NCBI GenBank assembly: GCA_963737905.1
Contig: CAVTUQ010000038.1
Coordinates: 1-64,000, forward strand
Length of the DNA stretch: 64,000 bases
Reading direction: 5' to 3'
DNA from: an uncultured delta proteobacterium
GTDB lineage: Bacteria; Desulfobacterota; Binatia; UBA9968
Below are positions 19,261 through 29,374 of the stretch, piece after piece; within the stretch, counting starts at the first letter, position 1; every line of letters starts with the position of its first letter. Under the pieces are notes generated by a model. That model was not told the DNA's origin. It made no database searches and saw only the letters and a list, made by a program, of their open reading frames with translations. Made by a program: the position numbers and the translations under genes.

Positions 19261-20538
19261 CTAGGGGAGCACTCGAAGGTTGGAAGGACCTTCTGGCGGC
19301 GGTTGCGACGCCAGTGAAAATTCATCAGCCCCGATATCGGGGGCGGTTCCTTGCGGCCGAGTTTCGACGTCATAATCGGTGGGGACGCTGGGGTGGGCTG
19401 CCGCTTTATCGATCGCAGCGGTGGCAATGGCCGCAAGGTGGAGGTCTCCGGCCGCCCCATTAACAAACCAGCTTGGTTGAGCATTGGTCACGTTGTTCGA
19501 CACGGTGCCGGTTGCGCCATCTCTGCTTTGGACGACGCTGTCCGTCAAGTTATACCGAATCTCCAGCCCCGTGGTTGCCGGAAAACGGTATTCGATGGCG
19601 TTGGGGTAGGTACCGCTGAGAATGACGGTATTATGCAAGACCTTGGTGTTCGCCGAGTTGTTAATGGTGATTCCGACGTCTCCGCTTTGCGAGCTGCTGC
19701 GATGGAAAAAATTATTTCGGACGATGCCGCCTGAATGGTCATCAACTTTGCTGCCGTTCAGTCCCAGGGCGATGCCGTACTGGACATTGAGAAAAAGATT
19801 ATTTTCGACGATTGAGTCTCGACTGCCGTTCCACATCAACACGGCGGGCCCTGCCAGTTGTCCCGCGGGCGCTCTGATATTGCGAAACAGGTTGTGGCGG
19901 AGGATCCAGTTGGCTCCCTGATGGACATCAACGCCGTTGGTGTAATTTGAGCGAGCGGTGGTCGTATATTCCATAACCGAGTACTCGACGATGCCGTTGT
20001 TCACCCCGCTTGTTCCACTCGTCCTGGCGCTCGATTTCACGAATTGCTCTCCGGCATTTACCAGGCGCACGTTGTAAATGCGCGGCGCCTGAGCCCCGGC
20101 ATTGGGATCCAACTGGATGGGATGATAATAGACATCGCGAATAGTGAGGTTGGCGACCAATACGTTGCGAGCGTTCCCAATCCAGATCCCGTGGGGAACG
20201 TTGCCGTAGTTTGCATTGCTCATGCCGCGACCAATAAGGACGACATCATCGCAGGAATTCGTGCTGCCGCGGATAGCGACATTATCGACGTTGCGATTTA
20301 GCCATAGAGTGCTGGTCATGTTGTACGTCCCTGGCTGGACTATGATGGTGGTCCCTGAGGTTATGGAATTGACCGCCGCCTGAAGGGCGCTTTCCGTAGA
20401 GACCGTTATGACCGTGCCACTAGGCGAGGGCAAGGGTGGAGCATTACAGGCGCGTTGCAAGGGAGGGGCAGCGTCCGCGCAGTTGAGTAAGAGCGACAGA
20501 AAGGTCGTAACGATCGGTATTATGAAAAATTTGACCAT
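19261..20538 (-). CDS. Secreted right-handed parallel beta-helix protein (pectin lyase-like fold)
   Basis: Signal peptide; LQAAVN..GTTIIVQPGTY, repeated N/G-rich strands, C-terminal DYDVETRPQGTAPDIGADEF. Confidence 0.75.
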   Translation of the reverse strand: MVKFFIIPIVTTFLSLLLNCADAAPPLQRACNAPPLPSPSGTVITVSTESALQAAVNSITSGTTIIVQPGTYNMTSTLWLNRNVDNVAIRGSTNSCDDVVLIGRGMSNANYGNVPHGIWIGNARNVLVANLTIRDVYYHPIQLDPNAGAQAPRIYNVRLVNAGEQFVKSSARTSGTSGVNNGIVEYSVMEYTTTARSNYTNGVDVHQGANWILRHNLFRNIRAPAGQLAGPAVLMWNGSRDSIVENNLFLNVQYGIALGLNGSKVDDHSGGIVRNNFFHRSSSQSGDVGITINNSANTKVLHNTVILSGTYPNAIEYRFPATTGLEIRYNLTDSVVQSRDGATGTVSNNVTNAQPSWFVNGAAGDLHLAAIATAAIDKAAAHPSVPTDYDVETRPQGTAPDIGADEFSLASQPPPEGPSNLRVLP

Positions 20539-20554
20539 TACAAATGCGCATGCC

Positions 20555-20570
20555 AGCAATTCCTATGCCT
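20555..20570 (-). promoter_or_regulatory. Putative sigma54 promoter of the beta-helix gene
   Basis: AGGCATAGGAATTGCT (GG-N10-GC). Confidence 0.5.
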
Positions 20571-20973
20571 CTCTCGATGTTAAACCGGTCATTCTTCCCA
20601 GAGCCTTTTCCCATTGATCTAATATCGAAGCATCGCTGCGTCTGTCTTGGATAAAAAATTTCCATTTCTCCTTTGCCGCTACCTGGCCGATGAGCTGCCA
20701 CTGTGGGATCACCCAATGCGTCAAGGTCCTCGCAGGACTTTCTCGGCTCAGGATCTCCTGAAGAGCTTTGTTCTTGTTGTTCTCAAAAACGCCTTGGGGT
20801 TTCCTATACGTCGCTTCCGTTCATTTTTGTTGTGGGGATCGCTTGAAAGAGCAAAATGGGGAAAATGCAGGTTAGATATGACGGGGTGGATCTTCGTTTT
20901 CCGAGGAGGTTGTCCGTTCGCCACTTGATAAACTCAGGGCAAGGTCTGACCTTTCTTCGCCGCCATTTAAATT

Positions 20974-21954
20974 CTATTGATAGAGTTGTTCCACAAATCC
21001 GGAACGGCGGATCTCTTCGACCAGGCTTGGATCCCAAAATTCCTTTGCAGAAAACTTTGCGGCCCGCGGATCATCGAGGGCGGCCATCTCATAATGGAAA
21101 CTGATGGATTCGGTATTGGGGCGGAGATCTTTTTCCAGGCGCCGGGTGGTCTCATCATATAGATAGCTCATAGCGGCGGTGTCAGAGTTTTGAAAGTATT
21201 TGTACAACACCTTCAGGCTCTCATCTTTGCGCCGCAACATGTAATGGATGCCCTCCATGTATCCCTTGAGGAAGTTGACGACCAGGCTCCGATTCTGCTT
21301 CAGGTAGGCCGTGGTAACGTTAATCCCTCCGCCGGGAGTCGGCACATCGAATTTCGCCAAGACCTTGAGTCCTTCGTTCTTGCCTAACAGGTCCAGAGGC
21401 GGAAATAGCATCGTCCCCTGAATCACGCCGGCCTTTAGGGCCGATAGGCGGCCGCCTTCGCCTCCGCCGATCGATAAGAATTTCACGTCCTCATTAGGAT
21501 TGAGCCCATTGTCACGAAGCAACTTTGCCAAACGGATGTAGCTGGCGTCTCGCCCTCGTGAAATACCGAGCACTTTTCCCTTTAAGTCTTTAACGGATTG
21601 AATCGCTGGCTGTGTTAGCAACGAAGAGCCCAGGGTGTTCATGGTCACGCCCAGCCGGGTCAATGGAATCCCCTGGAGCATCGCGGTGGTAACGCCGGTA
21701 TCCGATCCGATCAGGAACTGGACGCTCTGGCTCACCAAGGCTGGCACCGCCCGTGCTCCGCCGCTGACTAGAACGGGTTCCGCATCGAAGCCGTATTTTT
21801 GCCAGATGCCCTTTTCCGCAGTCACCCAAGATGGCGTCGATCCTGGCGCCACCGCCGGGTAAGCAATGCGGATCTTTTCGGCGGCATGGATTGCGCTTGC
21901 GGAAAACGCCAGATAAAGAACCAGAAGCAAAGGAAAACAATATCGCTTCATCAA
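20974..21954 (-). CDS. ABC substrate-binding protein, NMT1/THI5-like
   Basis: Signal peptide; AAEKIRIAY, KGIWQKYG, DLKGKVLG, GLNPNEDV. Confidence 0.8.
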   Translation of the reverse strand: MMKRYCFPLLLVLYLAFSASAIHAAEKIRIAYPAVAPGSTPSWVTAEKGIWQKYGFDAEPVLVSGGARAVPALVSQSVQFLIGSDTGVTTAMLQGIPLTRLGVTMNTLGSSLLTQPAIQSVKDLKGKVLGISRGRDASYIRLAKLLRDNGLNPNEDVKFLSIGGGEGGRLSALKAGVIQGTMLFPPLDLLGKNEGLKVLAKFDVPTPGGGINVTTAYLKQNRSLVVNFLKGYMEGIHYMLRRKDESLKVLYKYFQNSDTAAMSYLYDETTRRLEKDLRPNTESISFHYEMAALDDPRAAKFSAKEFWDPSLVEEIRRSGFVEQLYQ

Positions 21955-22246
21955 TCTCGTGGGTCCAAACGATTAGAACTGACCTCGAGCTTAGTTAGTC
22001 GATGATTCCAGCCTTGTCAAGGAACGACCTTCACGAGCAGAGTCGGGTGGCGCTGGTGGGCGAGCACGGAGTCTTGACGATGAGGAATCCAATACCACGA
22101 CGCTGGTGCGAAGGACGGTCGTGCCGACTTCTGGTGGGGCAGCCGGATTATCCGCTCCCGCAGGCCCTAGTGGAAAGCTGTCGCTTGTAGCAAGCGGCCT
22201 GAAGCGCCGAGCCTTAGTAGGTGCCGGGCCCCCGTGATGCTGTTGC

Positions 22247-22567
22247 CTAGGCCCCAGGCGGTCGATAGCTCACGGATTTTTTTGCGGCCTCATCGATTTG
22301 CTCGGGCGTCAGCAGGACTGTCGTCGACACGCGAGCCCCAGCCGTCGCGTTGATCGCCAAGCTAATCGCCGCGACGTTCACGATGTCCGGGACATCGACG
22401 ATCGCAAAAGCATCTGGCTCGCCAAAACTATAGTAAAAGCATTCCAGCCGACCACCTAAACCTTCGATTGTCTTTTGCACCGCTGCACGACGAGCAGAAC
22501 CACCCTCCTTGATCAGCCCTTTCGTGCCATCGACGGTGTATGACGCCTTCACCATATACTTAGCCAT
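22247..22567 (-). CDS. GYD domain protein
   Basis: MAKYMVKASYTVDG..GLIKEGGSARR..LGGRLECFYYSFGEPD; AGGAGG RBS. Confidence 0.85.
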   Translation of the reverse strand: MAKYMVKASYTVDGTKGLIKEGGSARRAAVQKTIEGLGGRLECFYYSFGEPDAFAIVDVPDIVNVAAISLAINATAGARVSTTVLLTPEQIDEAAKKSVSYRPPGA

Positions 22568-22814
22568 TTGATACCTCCTTTGCTATGGAATCATACTTTC
22601 CCCACACCAGGACTCGGTCAGAAGCTAATAAAGTTGAATTACACTCACCTCGGACTTCAGCCTAAGTTTGGCAATATATACCCTGTGATACTTTCCATCA
22701 TACGTCGTAAGATGACGCAGAATATCGCCCAACTAAGCAAAGTCTGTCAAAAATATTAATTCCGAGAATCCGCCAGATCGAAGCCAGATATTTTTGATAT
22801 TGCTGCCCTGATGA

Positions 22815-23339
22815 TCAGCGCGGCACCACGAGGTCCGCGACCGAAACTTTGAGCGCTTTAGCGATTCTTTCCAGAGTCTCAAGGGTGGGGCGATGTTTTG
22901 CCGCCTCGATGCGCGAGATATTGCTGCGCATCATTCCAACGGCACCCGCGAGTTGGTCTTGGGTGAATCCTTTTGCCTCGCGCAGCTTTCGAATCGTGGA
23001 AGCTACCTCGCCGGTTGTTCTTGTTCGAACCTCACGGCTCCGAAAATAACCGTATGAAGGCTCGGCCTCGTGCAGCACTCGATCCCAGGGTACTTCGTAA
23101 CGGTTGCCTGATGCTTGTCTCACCCGAAAGAAAAACCGCCTCCGATCGACTTGTATATTTATCAGTTCGCTGCCGTCATCAACCTCCAGCGATGATCGTG
23201 GAAAACTGTACTCTTTGCCGCTGTCGAATGTGACGATGAAGCGATCTTCGCCGACTAAATAACGCGCGTCGCGAATCTTTCGGCCAAACTCTGGTGCCGA
23301 TAGACGTTCGGTGGTCCTTACGGCTGCAGCTCGTACCAT
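22815..23339 (-). CDS. XRE/Cro-C1 HTH protein with uncharacterised N-terminal domain (putative antitoxin)
   Basis: C-terminal IRKLREAKGFTQDQLA...NISRIEAAKHRPTLETLERIAKAL. Confidence 0.8.
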   Translation of the reverse strand: MVRAAAVRTTERLSAPEFGRKIRDARYLVGEDRFIVTFDSGKEYSFPRSSLEVDDGSELINIQVDRRRFFFRVRQASGNRYEVPWDRVLHEAEPSYGYFRSREVRTRTTGEVASTIRKLREAKGFTQDQLAGAVGMMRSNISRIEAAKHRPTLETLERIAKALKVSVADLVVPR

Positions 23340-23540
23340 GGGCTATTCCCCTTCGAAGATTTCTTGTATCCCAGTTCTTCCAGATACTTTACAACCTGTC
23401 TTGAGAGATCACCGTCCATGGCTATTTGGTTTTCGATATCAAATCGGCCGATAAACTCGGCACCGCGGTAGATATGTACGTGTCGGGTGATCGCCGGAAT
23501 AGGTCTCAAAAATGTAACCGCCGCGCGTTCTTCGACCCAC
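23318..23540 (-). CDS. DUF4160-like small protein (putative toxin), frame break near 23480
   Basis: GTG start MGRRTRGGYIFETYSGDHP, then shifted frame HVHIYRGAEFIGRFDIENQ; overlaps HTH gene start. Confidence 0.6.
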
Positions 23541-23547
23541 TGCTCAA

Positions 23548-23576
23548 ATAGTATCACTCTTGATACATCCCGGCAA
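23548..23576 (-). promoter_or_regulatory. sigma70 promoter with embedded palindromic operator
   Basis: TTGCCG-N17-TACTAT with TGn extension; GTATCA-N4-TGATAC palindrome at 23551-23566; GTG 7 nt after the -10. Confidence 0.65.
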
Positions 23577-23624
23577 GAAGTGAGACAGTAAGAGTTAATC
23601 GTTTGACAAGAAGGAAGTTGCCAG

Positions 23625-24452
23625 CTACCAGCGCTGGGCCCAGGCGGGTGCAGGGGCGGGGTTTGGTTCGAGAAGAGAAAGATCTTGTTCGAACAGAATT
23701 TTGAGGCCATCGCCATCGAGATTCCAGACTTGCAGCTTTCCGGAGCGAGTGGCGACCAGCAGTTGCCCTTCCCAGTCCCAGTCCGCCCATTGGAGATCGT
23801 CCAGCAGCTCGACGTCTCCATTGAATTCCAGTGAGTAGTGGGTGCGCAGGCCGTCTATCGCCTGTTGAGTGCTGAACTCGCCTTCCGCCCAGCCCAGGCT
23901 TTCCACACAGAGCCGGTGGTCGCCACCGGGCTGGCGTTTCTGCATGCGGGCGTTGCGACGCTGGTCCCAAAAATCTTTGGGATCGCGTTGCGGGGAGTCC
24001 GGCGCTTCCTCCCAGCCGCGGCGCCGTTCGTTCGCGAATTGAACCACAGGAATTGAGCGCAGTCCGTAAGGGATCGGAAGCTTCACATGCTCGGGCTTGT
24101 CCCAGCCTCCATCGTCAGTGAAATAATAGCCGCGGGTCCAAGTGCCGCACGTGCGGAAGGCGTAGAGAGCCGTGAGCCAGGGCAACTTCGAAAGAGCGAC
24201 GTAGGCCTCGCCGTGCTCCCAGGTCGCGCTGGGCTTGTGGGCGAAGTAGCAGAGCGTGCGACCGTCGGGGGAGAGATCAGAACGGCGTGGAAAAATGCGT
24301 CCACCCAGCCATGCTCCAGGCTCGTACCGTCTCTGCGCGAGATCCCAGCGACCCACATGGGACCAATTTGTCGGCCCGCGCCGAAACACCGCTACTACCG
24401 GTGCCTCAGCCGCTGGAATGCAGTAGATCCGTGGTGGAGTCTTTCGCTTCAT
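23625..24452 (-). CDS. Hypothetical Trp-rich protein
   Basis: 275-aa ORF with VFRRGP, GAWLGGRIFPRRSDLSPDG, QWADWD; function unknown. Confidence 0.7.
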   Translation of the reverse strand: MKRKTPPRIYCIPAAEAPVVAVFRRGPTNWSHVGRWDLAQRRYEPGAWLGGRIFPRRSDLSPDGRTLCYFAHKPSATWEHGEAYVALSKLPWLTALYAFRTCGTWTRGYYFTDDGGWDKPEHVKLPIPYGLRSIPVVQFANERRRGWEEAPDSPQRDPKDFWDQRRNARMQKRQPGGDHRLCVESLGWAEGEFSTQQAIDGLRTHYSLEFNGDVELLDDLQWADWDWEGQLLVATRSGKLQVWNLDGDGLKILFEQDLSLLEPNPAPAPAWAQRW

Positions 24453-24546
24453 CCACTAATCCTGGCCGCCAAACAGTGATTGACGGTTCTTATAGCTCAT
24501 AAATAAACAAGCAGAAAACGGAGGAACCCCATAGGAAGGAAGAAGA

Positions 24547-24847
24547 TTATTGCTGCGGCTCAGGCTGCGGAGGAGAGGTAATGTCTTCTTCGGCTACTTC
24601 GTCGTAGGGCCAGGGACGGCCCAAATTGAGAAATTGCTCTTTGAGAAGGCGAATCATCTCGATTTTGGAGGAAAGCTGCCGCCCTGAAATACCCCCTCGA
24701 TGGCAGTGATAGTTTTGTTTGGTCTTTATCGTAGTGACACCCGTAGGAATCCAATTCGCCATCATGCGAGTAAGTGGGACGCGGGACAACGAGTGACAAA
24801 AAAAGACTTAGCGTCAAAACAAGTAAAACTCTGGTCGTCGTTGGCAT
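24547..24847 (-). CDS. YHYH-like small secreted protein (frame break near 24722)
   Basis: Signal peptide then SHDGELDSYGCH..., continuing NYHCHRG in adjacent frame. Confidence 0.6.
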
Positions 24848-25099
24848 ATCTAGGCCCCTTTCCTTCAGCAATTTAACGCAACATTATATGTCATTACGAA
24901 GATGGCGAGAATGTGCGGATCGTGGGGATCGGAGAGTGGGCCGGTTCACTAAATATAGATGGCTAGCGCGAGAGCAAGAAAACAAACAGGCGTTTGACGT
25001 GTGGTTCGTGAAGGATGTGTCGGAGAATATACCGTCAACGTACTAACAAGCGCGAACGTGTCCGTGAGTTAGCGTTAGACGAATAGGGAAACACGCGGG

Positions 25100-25432
25100 T
25101 TAAAGAGGTTTCCTCAACATTCGGAAGACGAGTTCCTTGAGGTCGTTGCTGACGTTTGCCGATAGCTCGGATATCTCCTCGCCTCTCAGAATCGACTGGA
25201 TCACGCAGCTCTGCCGCTCCGGCATCACCATCGAGTACCACAGGCGGTCCGGGAAGACCGCTATGTTTGGCGAGGCAGTACAGGCGCCGAAGCATATAAA
25301 TGGGACTACCCTGAAGGTTTGTTCCCCCGCCAATGCCGTCCGAATTCGACCTAGGAGCTCCGCCGATCCTTTGGTAAGGCAATTCTTTCCTTGACAGACA
25401 AAGACGTAGTGAGTGTCGCTGGGTATTTCCAT
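25100..25432 (-). CDS. Thioredoxin-like [2Fe-2S] ferredoxin
   Basis: VFVCQGKNC...CFGAC..SPNIAVFPDRLWY (CX4C...CX3C). Confidence 0.8.
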   Translation of the reverse strand: MEIPSDTHYVFVCQGKNCLTKGSAELLGRIRTALAGEQTFRVVPFICFGACTASPNIAVFPDRLWYSMVMPERQSCVIQSILRGEEISELSANVSNDLKELVFRMLRKPL

Positions 25433-25465
25433 CCAACTGCCTTCAGTACTTCGTCTCTGAGTTGC

Positions 25466-25903
25466 TCAAGTAGCCGCCATCGAGACGATTCGATTCAGAA
25501 TGATTGCAAGGAGCTTGCGTACGAAGCGAAAGCCGGCTGCCGGCTGACCCTCAAGGAGATTCATTAGCTCCACGCCATCGACGATGATGAGTCGCGTTTC
25601 CTGAAAAGCCATCGCGTTAATGAGTCTGTAATTCCCCTCTCCCGCCAGGGCTCCCCATCCAAAGAACGCTCCGGGCTCTCGGATCGTGCCGGGTTTTGAA
25701 TCCTCGGCCGAAATCAATCCGTAACCGAGCTCCACCGAGCCTTCCACGAGAATATAAACATTCCTACTCGGGTCGCCGACGCGAAAGACGACTTCCCCTT
25801 TTGAGACTTTAACCTCGCGACAAATGCCGGCGATATCGTTCAAAACCAGAGCAGGAAGCTCGCAGAAAAGCTCAGAACGGCTTAAGAGGTCTGCGATAGC
25901 CAT
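25466..25903 (-). CDS. Stand-alone cyclic nucleotide-binding domain protein
   Basis: LFCELP, GEVVFRVGDPS..YILVEGSVEL, PGAFFGWGAL; no HTH. Confidence 0.8.
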   Translation of the reverse strand: MAIADLLSRSELFCELPALVLNDIAGICREVKVSKGEVVFRVGDPSRNVYILVEGSVELGYGLISAEDSKPGTIREPGAFFGWGALAGEGNYRLINAMAFQETRLIIVDGVELMNLLEGQPAAGFRFVRKLLAIILNRIVSMAAT

Positions 25904-25912
25904 TAGATTACC

Positions 25913-26344
25913 TCATTGAGTCAGGCCGACCAATCGCTGGAGAGCATTAGCGTGGTCCGTTCCGTCGGCGATCATTTCTTCAAGCCGGATTTTAAGACCG
26001 ATGTCACCGTAACTTTCAGCCTGCCTAGCCCGCTCTCGAAGACGGTCGACTATTTTCCACTCTGTCGCAATATCCTCGTCGATCATCTTCCCTACATCGA
26101 CGGGAAGCGCGACCTCCGCGATTGAAGTCGTAGGGTTCCCGCCAAGGATAGCTATTTTGTCCGAAAGGAATTGAGCGTGCTGCAGTTCCACAGGTAACTC
26201 TTTTTCCAACAGCTCCCGCAGCTCATGGCCGAGCAACCCTCCCGCGGTGCTCGCCTGATATATCGCGCGGACAATCCCAGCAAGCTCGAGAGCCAGATCA
26301 TCGTTTAGACAGGCAATCAGTTTTTCTTTCGCCTCGTTTGCCAT
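25913..26344 (-). CDS. Ferritin-like (bacterioferritin-related) protein
   Basis: LNDDLALEL, ELQHAQFLSDKIAILGGNP, GLKIRLEEMIAD..DH. Confidence 0.75.
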   Translation of the reverse strand: MANEAKEKLIACLNDDLALELAGIVRAIYQASTAGGLLGHELRELLEKELPVELQHAQFLSDKIAILGGNPTTSIAEVALPVDVGKMIDEDIATEWKIVDRLRERARQAESYGDIGLKIRLEEMIADGTDHANALQRLVGLTQ

Positions 26345-26443
26345 TGTGCGCTCCTCCTATTGTTTTTCTATAGACATGCGGAACGTAACATTACAGCACG
26401 AACCGAATCAACAGTGATTCCCAATATACAGATTCCCTAGCCA

Positions 26444-27475
26444 TTATTTATTCCAGAGATTATCGAAGAACCCGGATTTTTTCAGCTCTTCGACGTAGCT
26501 GTTGTCGAAGAAAGCGGAGGTGGGAGTGCTCTGGAGCGCCTTGGCATCGACCAGATTCATCTGCGCGAGTTGTTGGGCCATCCATTGCATCGCTCCCGGC
26601 GGAACCGCGGGTTCCCGGGCGAAGTTTTCGACCACGTAAAGATAACTCTGCTGCAGCAACTCTGGATCGTCGATGTAGAGGTACTTGGAGATCAGCTTTT
26701 TCGTCAAACCTTCGTTGGTTGTCATCAGCTTTGTCCCCTCCGCGGTGGCTTTGATCATGCGCACGACAATATCTCGATTAGCGGCGGCATAAGATCGTCT
26801 GGCGACCACGCCATTGGTCAAAAAGCCGATGCCCAATTTTCTTAAATCCTTAGGCGAGACAAGCTCGCGGAACCCCTGCTTTAATAGAGTAAAGGTATGT
26901 GGAGGAGAAACCATGGAGCCATCCACCGAGCCTTTAGAAAGCCCCGCCATTGTTTCCGCAAGCCCGCCCATCTGCAGGATGGTGACATCCTTAATATTGT
27001 TCCGCTCCAAAAGGGCTCGCAGGGCAAGGTCAGTAACCGCTCCGAATCTGGTGATCCCGACTTTTTTTCCTCTTAGGCCGCCCAGCTCTGTGATCTGTGG
27101 GCGAACCATTAGAGACTGGGTGAAATAGGGTACCGTCGCCGCGACCTGGATGATGTCTCCGCCTCTCAGGACGTTCGAAACGACGGACGGTCCACCAAGG
27201 CCCGCGATATTGGCGGATCCGGAGAGCATGGATTGAACCATGACCGTGGACACTCCGACAAAAATCATGTCCACGTTTAGCCCGTTCTTTTCAAAGAGGT
27301 TGGCTTCCTTGGCCACAATCCACGGCATGCTGTTGAGGCCCATGGGACCATAGGGAAATGGAATCTTTGGCGACTGCTGGGTCGACGCAGCAAAAGGAAC
27401 AATAAGAGTGAAGAAAAAAGTCAATAACGGGATGTGGCTGAAACGAACTTTGCGTGTGAAAAACCGCTGGACCAT
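26444..27475 (-). CDS. ABC substrate-binding protein, NMT1/THI5-like
   Basis: VAKEANLFEKNGLNVD, LRGKKVGITRFGAVTD, FFDNSYVEELKKSGF. Confidence 0.8.
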   Translation of the reverse strand: MVQRFFTRKVRFSHIPLLTFFFTLIVPFAASTQQSPKIPFPYGPMGLNSMPWIVAKEANLFEKNGLNVDMIFVGVSTVMVQSMLSGSANIAGLGGPSVVSNVLRGGDIIQVAATVPYFTQSLMVRPQITELGGLRGKKVGITRFGAVTDLALRALLERNNIKDVTILQMGGLAETMAGLSKGSVDGSMVSPPHTFTLLKQGFRELVSPKDLRKLGIGFLTNGVVARRSYAAANRDIVVRMIKATAEGTKLMTTNEGLTKKLISKYLYIDDPELLQQSYLYVVENFAREPAVPPGAMQWMAQQLAQMNLVDAKALQSTPTSAFFDNSYVEELKKSGFFDNLWNK

Positions 27476-27640
27476 GGTTCCCTCCTCGATCTTGCGAAGT
27501 CGTCGACAAGAGTCACCGACTGAAATATCGCTTGGATCGTGCCCGGTCAAGCTCAAACAACATCGGTCTCTTGTCAAGAAACACATCCTGGTCTATGAAC
27601 CGGTAAGGCAACAGAAAGAAATAAGTTTGGAGGATTAGAA

Positions 27641-28447
27641 ATGCCATTTCTGCAGTTGAAGGATACGGAACTTTATTATGAGGTCCACGGCCGGGGCCAA
27701 CCGATGGTTTTTCTCAGTGAAACGGCCTGCGACGGTGAGGTGTGGAAAATATATCAAGTGGAGGAATTTTCCCGCGACCATCAAGTCATCCTGCACGATT
27801 ACCGGGGGACGGGCCGCTCCGGGAAGCCCTCCATCGACTATTCAACCAAGATGTTTTGTGACGATGCGGCTGCACTGATGGATCATCTCGGCGCCGAAAA
27901 GGCCATCGTCGTCGGTCATTCCATGGGCGGGAGGATCGCCCAGGTGCTGGCGCTGGAGTATCCCGAAAGAGTGGGCAAGTTAATCCTCGCCTCCACCGGC
28001 GCCGCTTTCCCGGCAACTAAAGGGCTTCCGCTTAAGATTTGCCAAGAGATGATCGAATGGGGTTATGAAAAGTATGTGCGGGATCATTCCATTCTCGTTG
28101 GTTTTACCGACGAGTTCGCGAAGAACCACCCCGAGCGAGTAGAGAAATATCTCCAGGTAAGAATGGCGAATCTCTGCCCGGTAGAATTCTATCTGCGTCA
28201 TCTGATCGCGCGCCAGAGTCACGATACCACCGGCCGTCTCAAAGATATCCAAATCCCCACGCTCATCTTGGTGGGGGAAGATGACCGCAACGTAACCAGC
28301 GATATCAACCACCGGAGCTCTTCCGAGATTCTGACCCAAATTCCGAATTCAAAGCTTGTGGTGCTCTCCGGAGAGAGACACAGTTATTTCTTCGCCAACC
28401 CGGATGCGGCTCATAAAACGATCCGCGAGTTCCTAGGACGCTCATAA
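27641..28447 (+). CDS. Alpha/beta hydrolase (paralog 1)
   Basis: DYRGTGRS, GHSMGG nucleophile elbow, PTLILVGEDD, ERH. Confidence 0.85.
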   Translation: MPFLQLKDTELYYEVHGRGQPMVFLSETACDGEVWKIYQVEEFSRDHQVILHDYRGTGRSGKPSIDYSTKMFCDDAAALMDHLGAEKAIVVGHSMGGRIAQVLALEYPERVGKLILASTGAAFPATKGLPLKICQEMIEWGYEKYVRDHSILVGFTDEFAKNHPERVEKYLQVRMANLCPVEFYLRHLIARQSHDTTGRLKDIQIPTLILVGEDDRNVTSDINHRSSSEILTQIPNSKLVVLSGERHSYFFANPDAAHKTIREFLGRS

Positions 28448-28466
28448 CCGATGATGGAGGTTTTTC

Positions 28467-29279
28467 ATGCCCTATGTGAAAACAAGAGACGGCGTGGACA
28501 TTTATTACGAGACGTTTGGCGAAGGGAGGCCTTTTCTTTTTCTCAGCGAAACCGCCTGTGACGGCGCGGTTTGGAAGATCTACCAGGTCCCGGAGTTCTC
28601 CCGCGATCACCGCGTGATCATTTTTGATTATCGTGGTACCGGCTTGTCCGGTAAACCCTCCGCGAATTACAGCACGGACATGTTTGCTGATGATGCGGCC
28701 GCGGTTATGGATCACCTGGGTCTTGAAGGCGCCGTTGTGTGTGGTCATTCCATGGGCGGACGGGTGGCCCAGCTGCTGGCGATCGATCATCCCCGTAAGG
28801 TGAGCACGCTAATTCTCGCATCCAGCGGTGCAGCGCATCCCGGGGAGACGGGGATTCCGCTAAGAATCGCTAAAGAGATGGTTGAGATGGGTTATGAAAA
28901 ATATGTCAGGGAGCACACCATCGTCGTGGGCTGGACAGAGACGTACGCAAAGCAGCATATGGACCTCATCGAGAAATACCTCAAAGTGCGGATGGCCAAC
29001 CTCTGTCCCGTGGAGTTTTATTTTCGCCATGTCTTGGCACGGCAGGCCCATGATACGCGCGGGCGCTTAAAGGACATCAAAGTACCGACCTTGGTCTTTG
29101 TAGGCGACGACGATCATTTTGTCGTCAGTGACATGTCTCACCGCGCCGGCGCCGACATCTTGGCTAAGGGAATTTCCAATTCCAAGTTAGTCGTTATCCC
29201 GGGGGAGCGTCATAGCTACTTTTACGCCGAGCCGGAAAAAGTTCACGGCATCATGAGAGATTTCTTGAAATCCAAATGA
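28467..29279 (+). CDS. Alpha/beta hydrolase (paralog 2)
   Basis: DYRGTGLS, GHSMGG, PTLVFVGDDD, ERH; closely similar to upstream gene. Confidence 0.85.
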   Translation: MPYVKTRDGVDIYYETFGEGRPFLFLSETACDGAVWKIYQVPEFSRDHRVIIFDYRGTGLSGKPSANYSTDMFADDAAAVMDHLGLEGAVVCGHSMGGRVAQLLAIDHPRKVSTLILASSGAAHPGETGIPLRIAKEMVEMGYEKYVREHTIVVGWTETYAKQHMDLIEKYLKVRMANLCPVEFYFRHVLARQAHDTRGRLKDIKVPTLVFVGDDDHFVVSDMSHRAGADILAKGISNSKLVVIPGERHSYFYAEPEKVHGIMRDFLKSK

Positions 29280-29374
29280 TGCAAGTGATTAAGAGCATCA
29301 TGACGGGGCTGTGTTGACGTCGCGGGCCTGCAGGGAATATTAAATGGCAATTCAAGTCAAAGGGAGATTAGTTT

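Noticed and set aside
22002-22190. 62-aa ORF between the SBP and GYD genes
   Set aside because: No RBS or recognisable family; possibly a gene remnant but not supportable.
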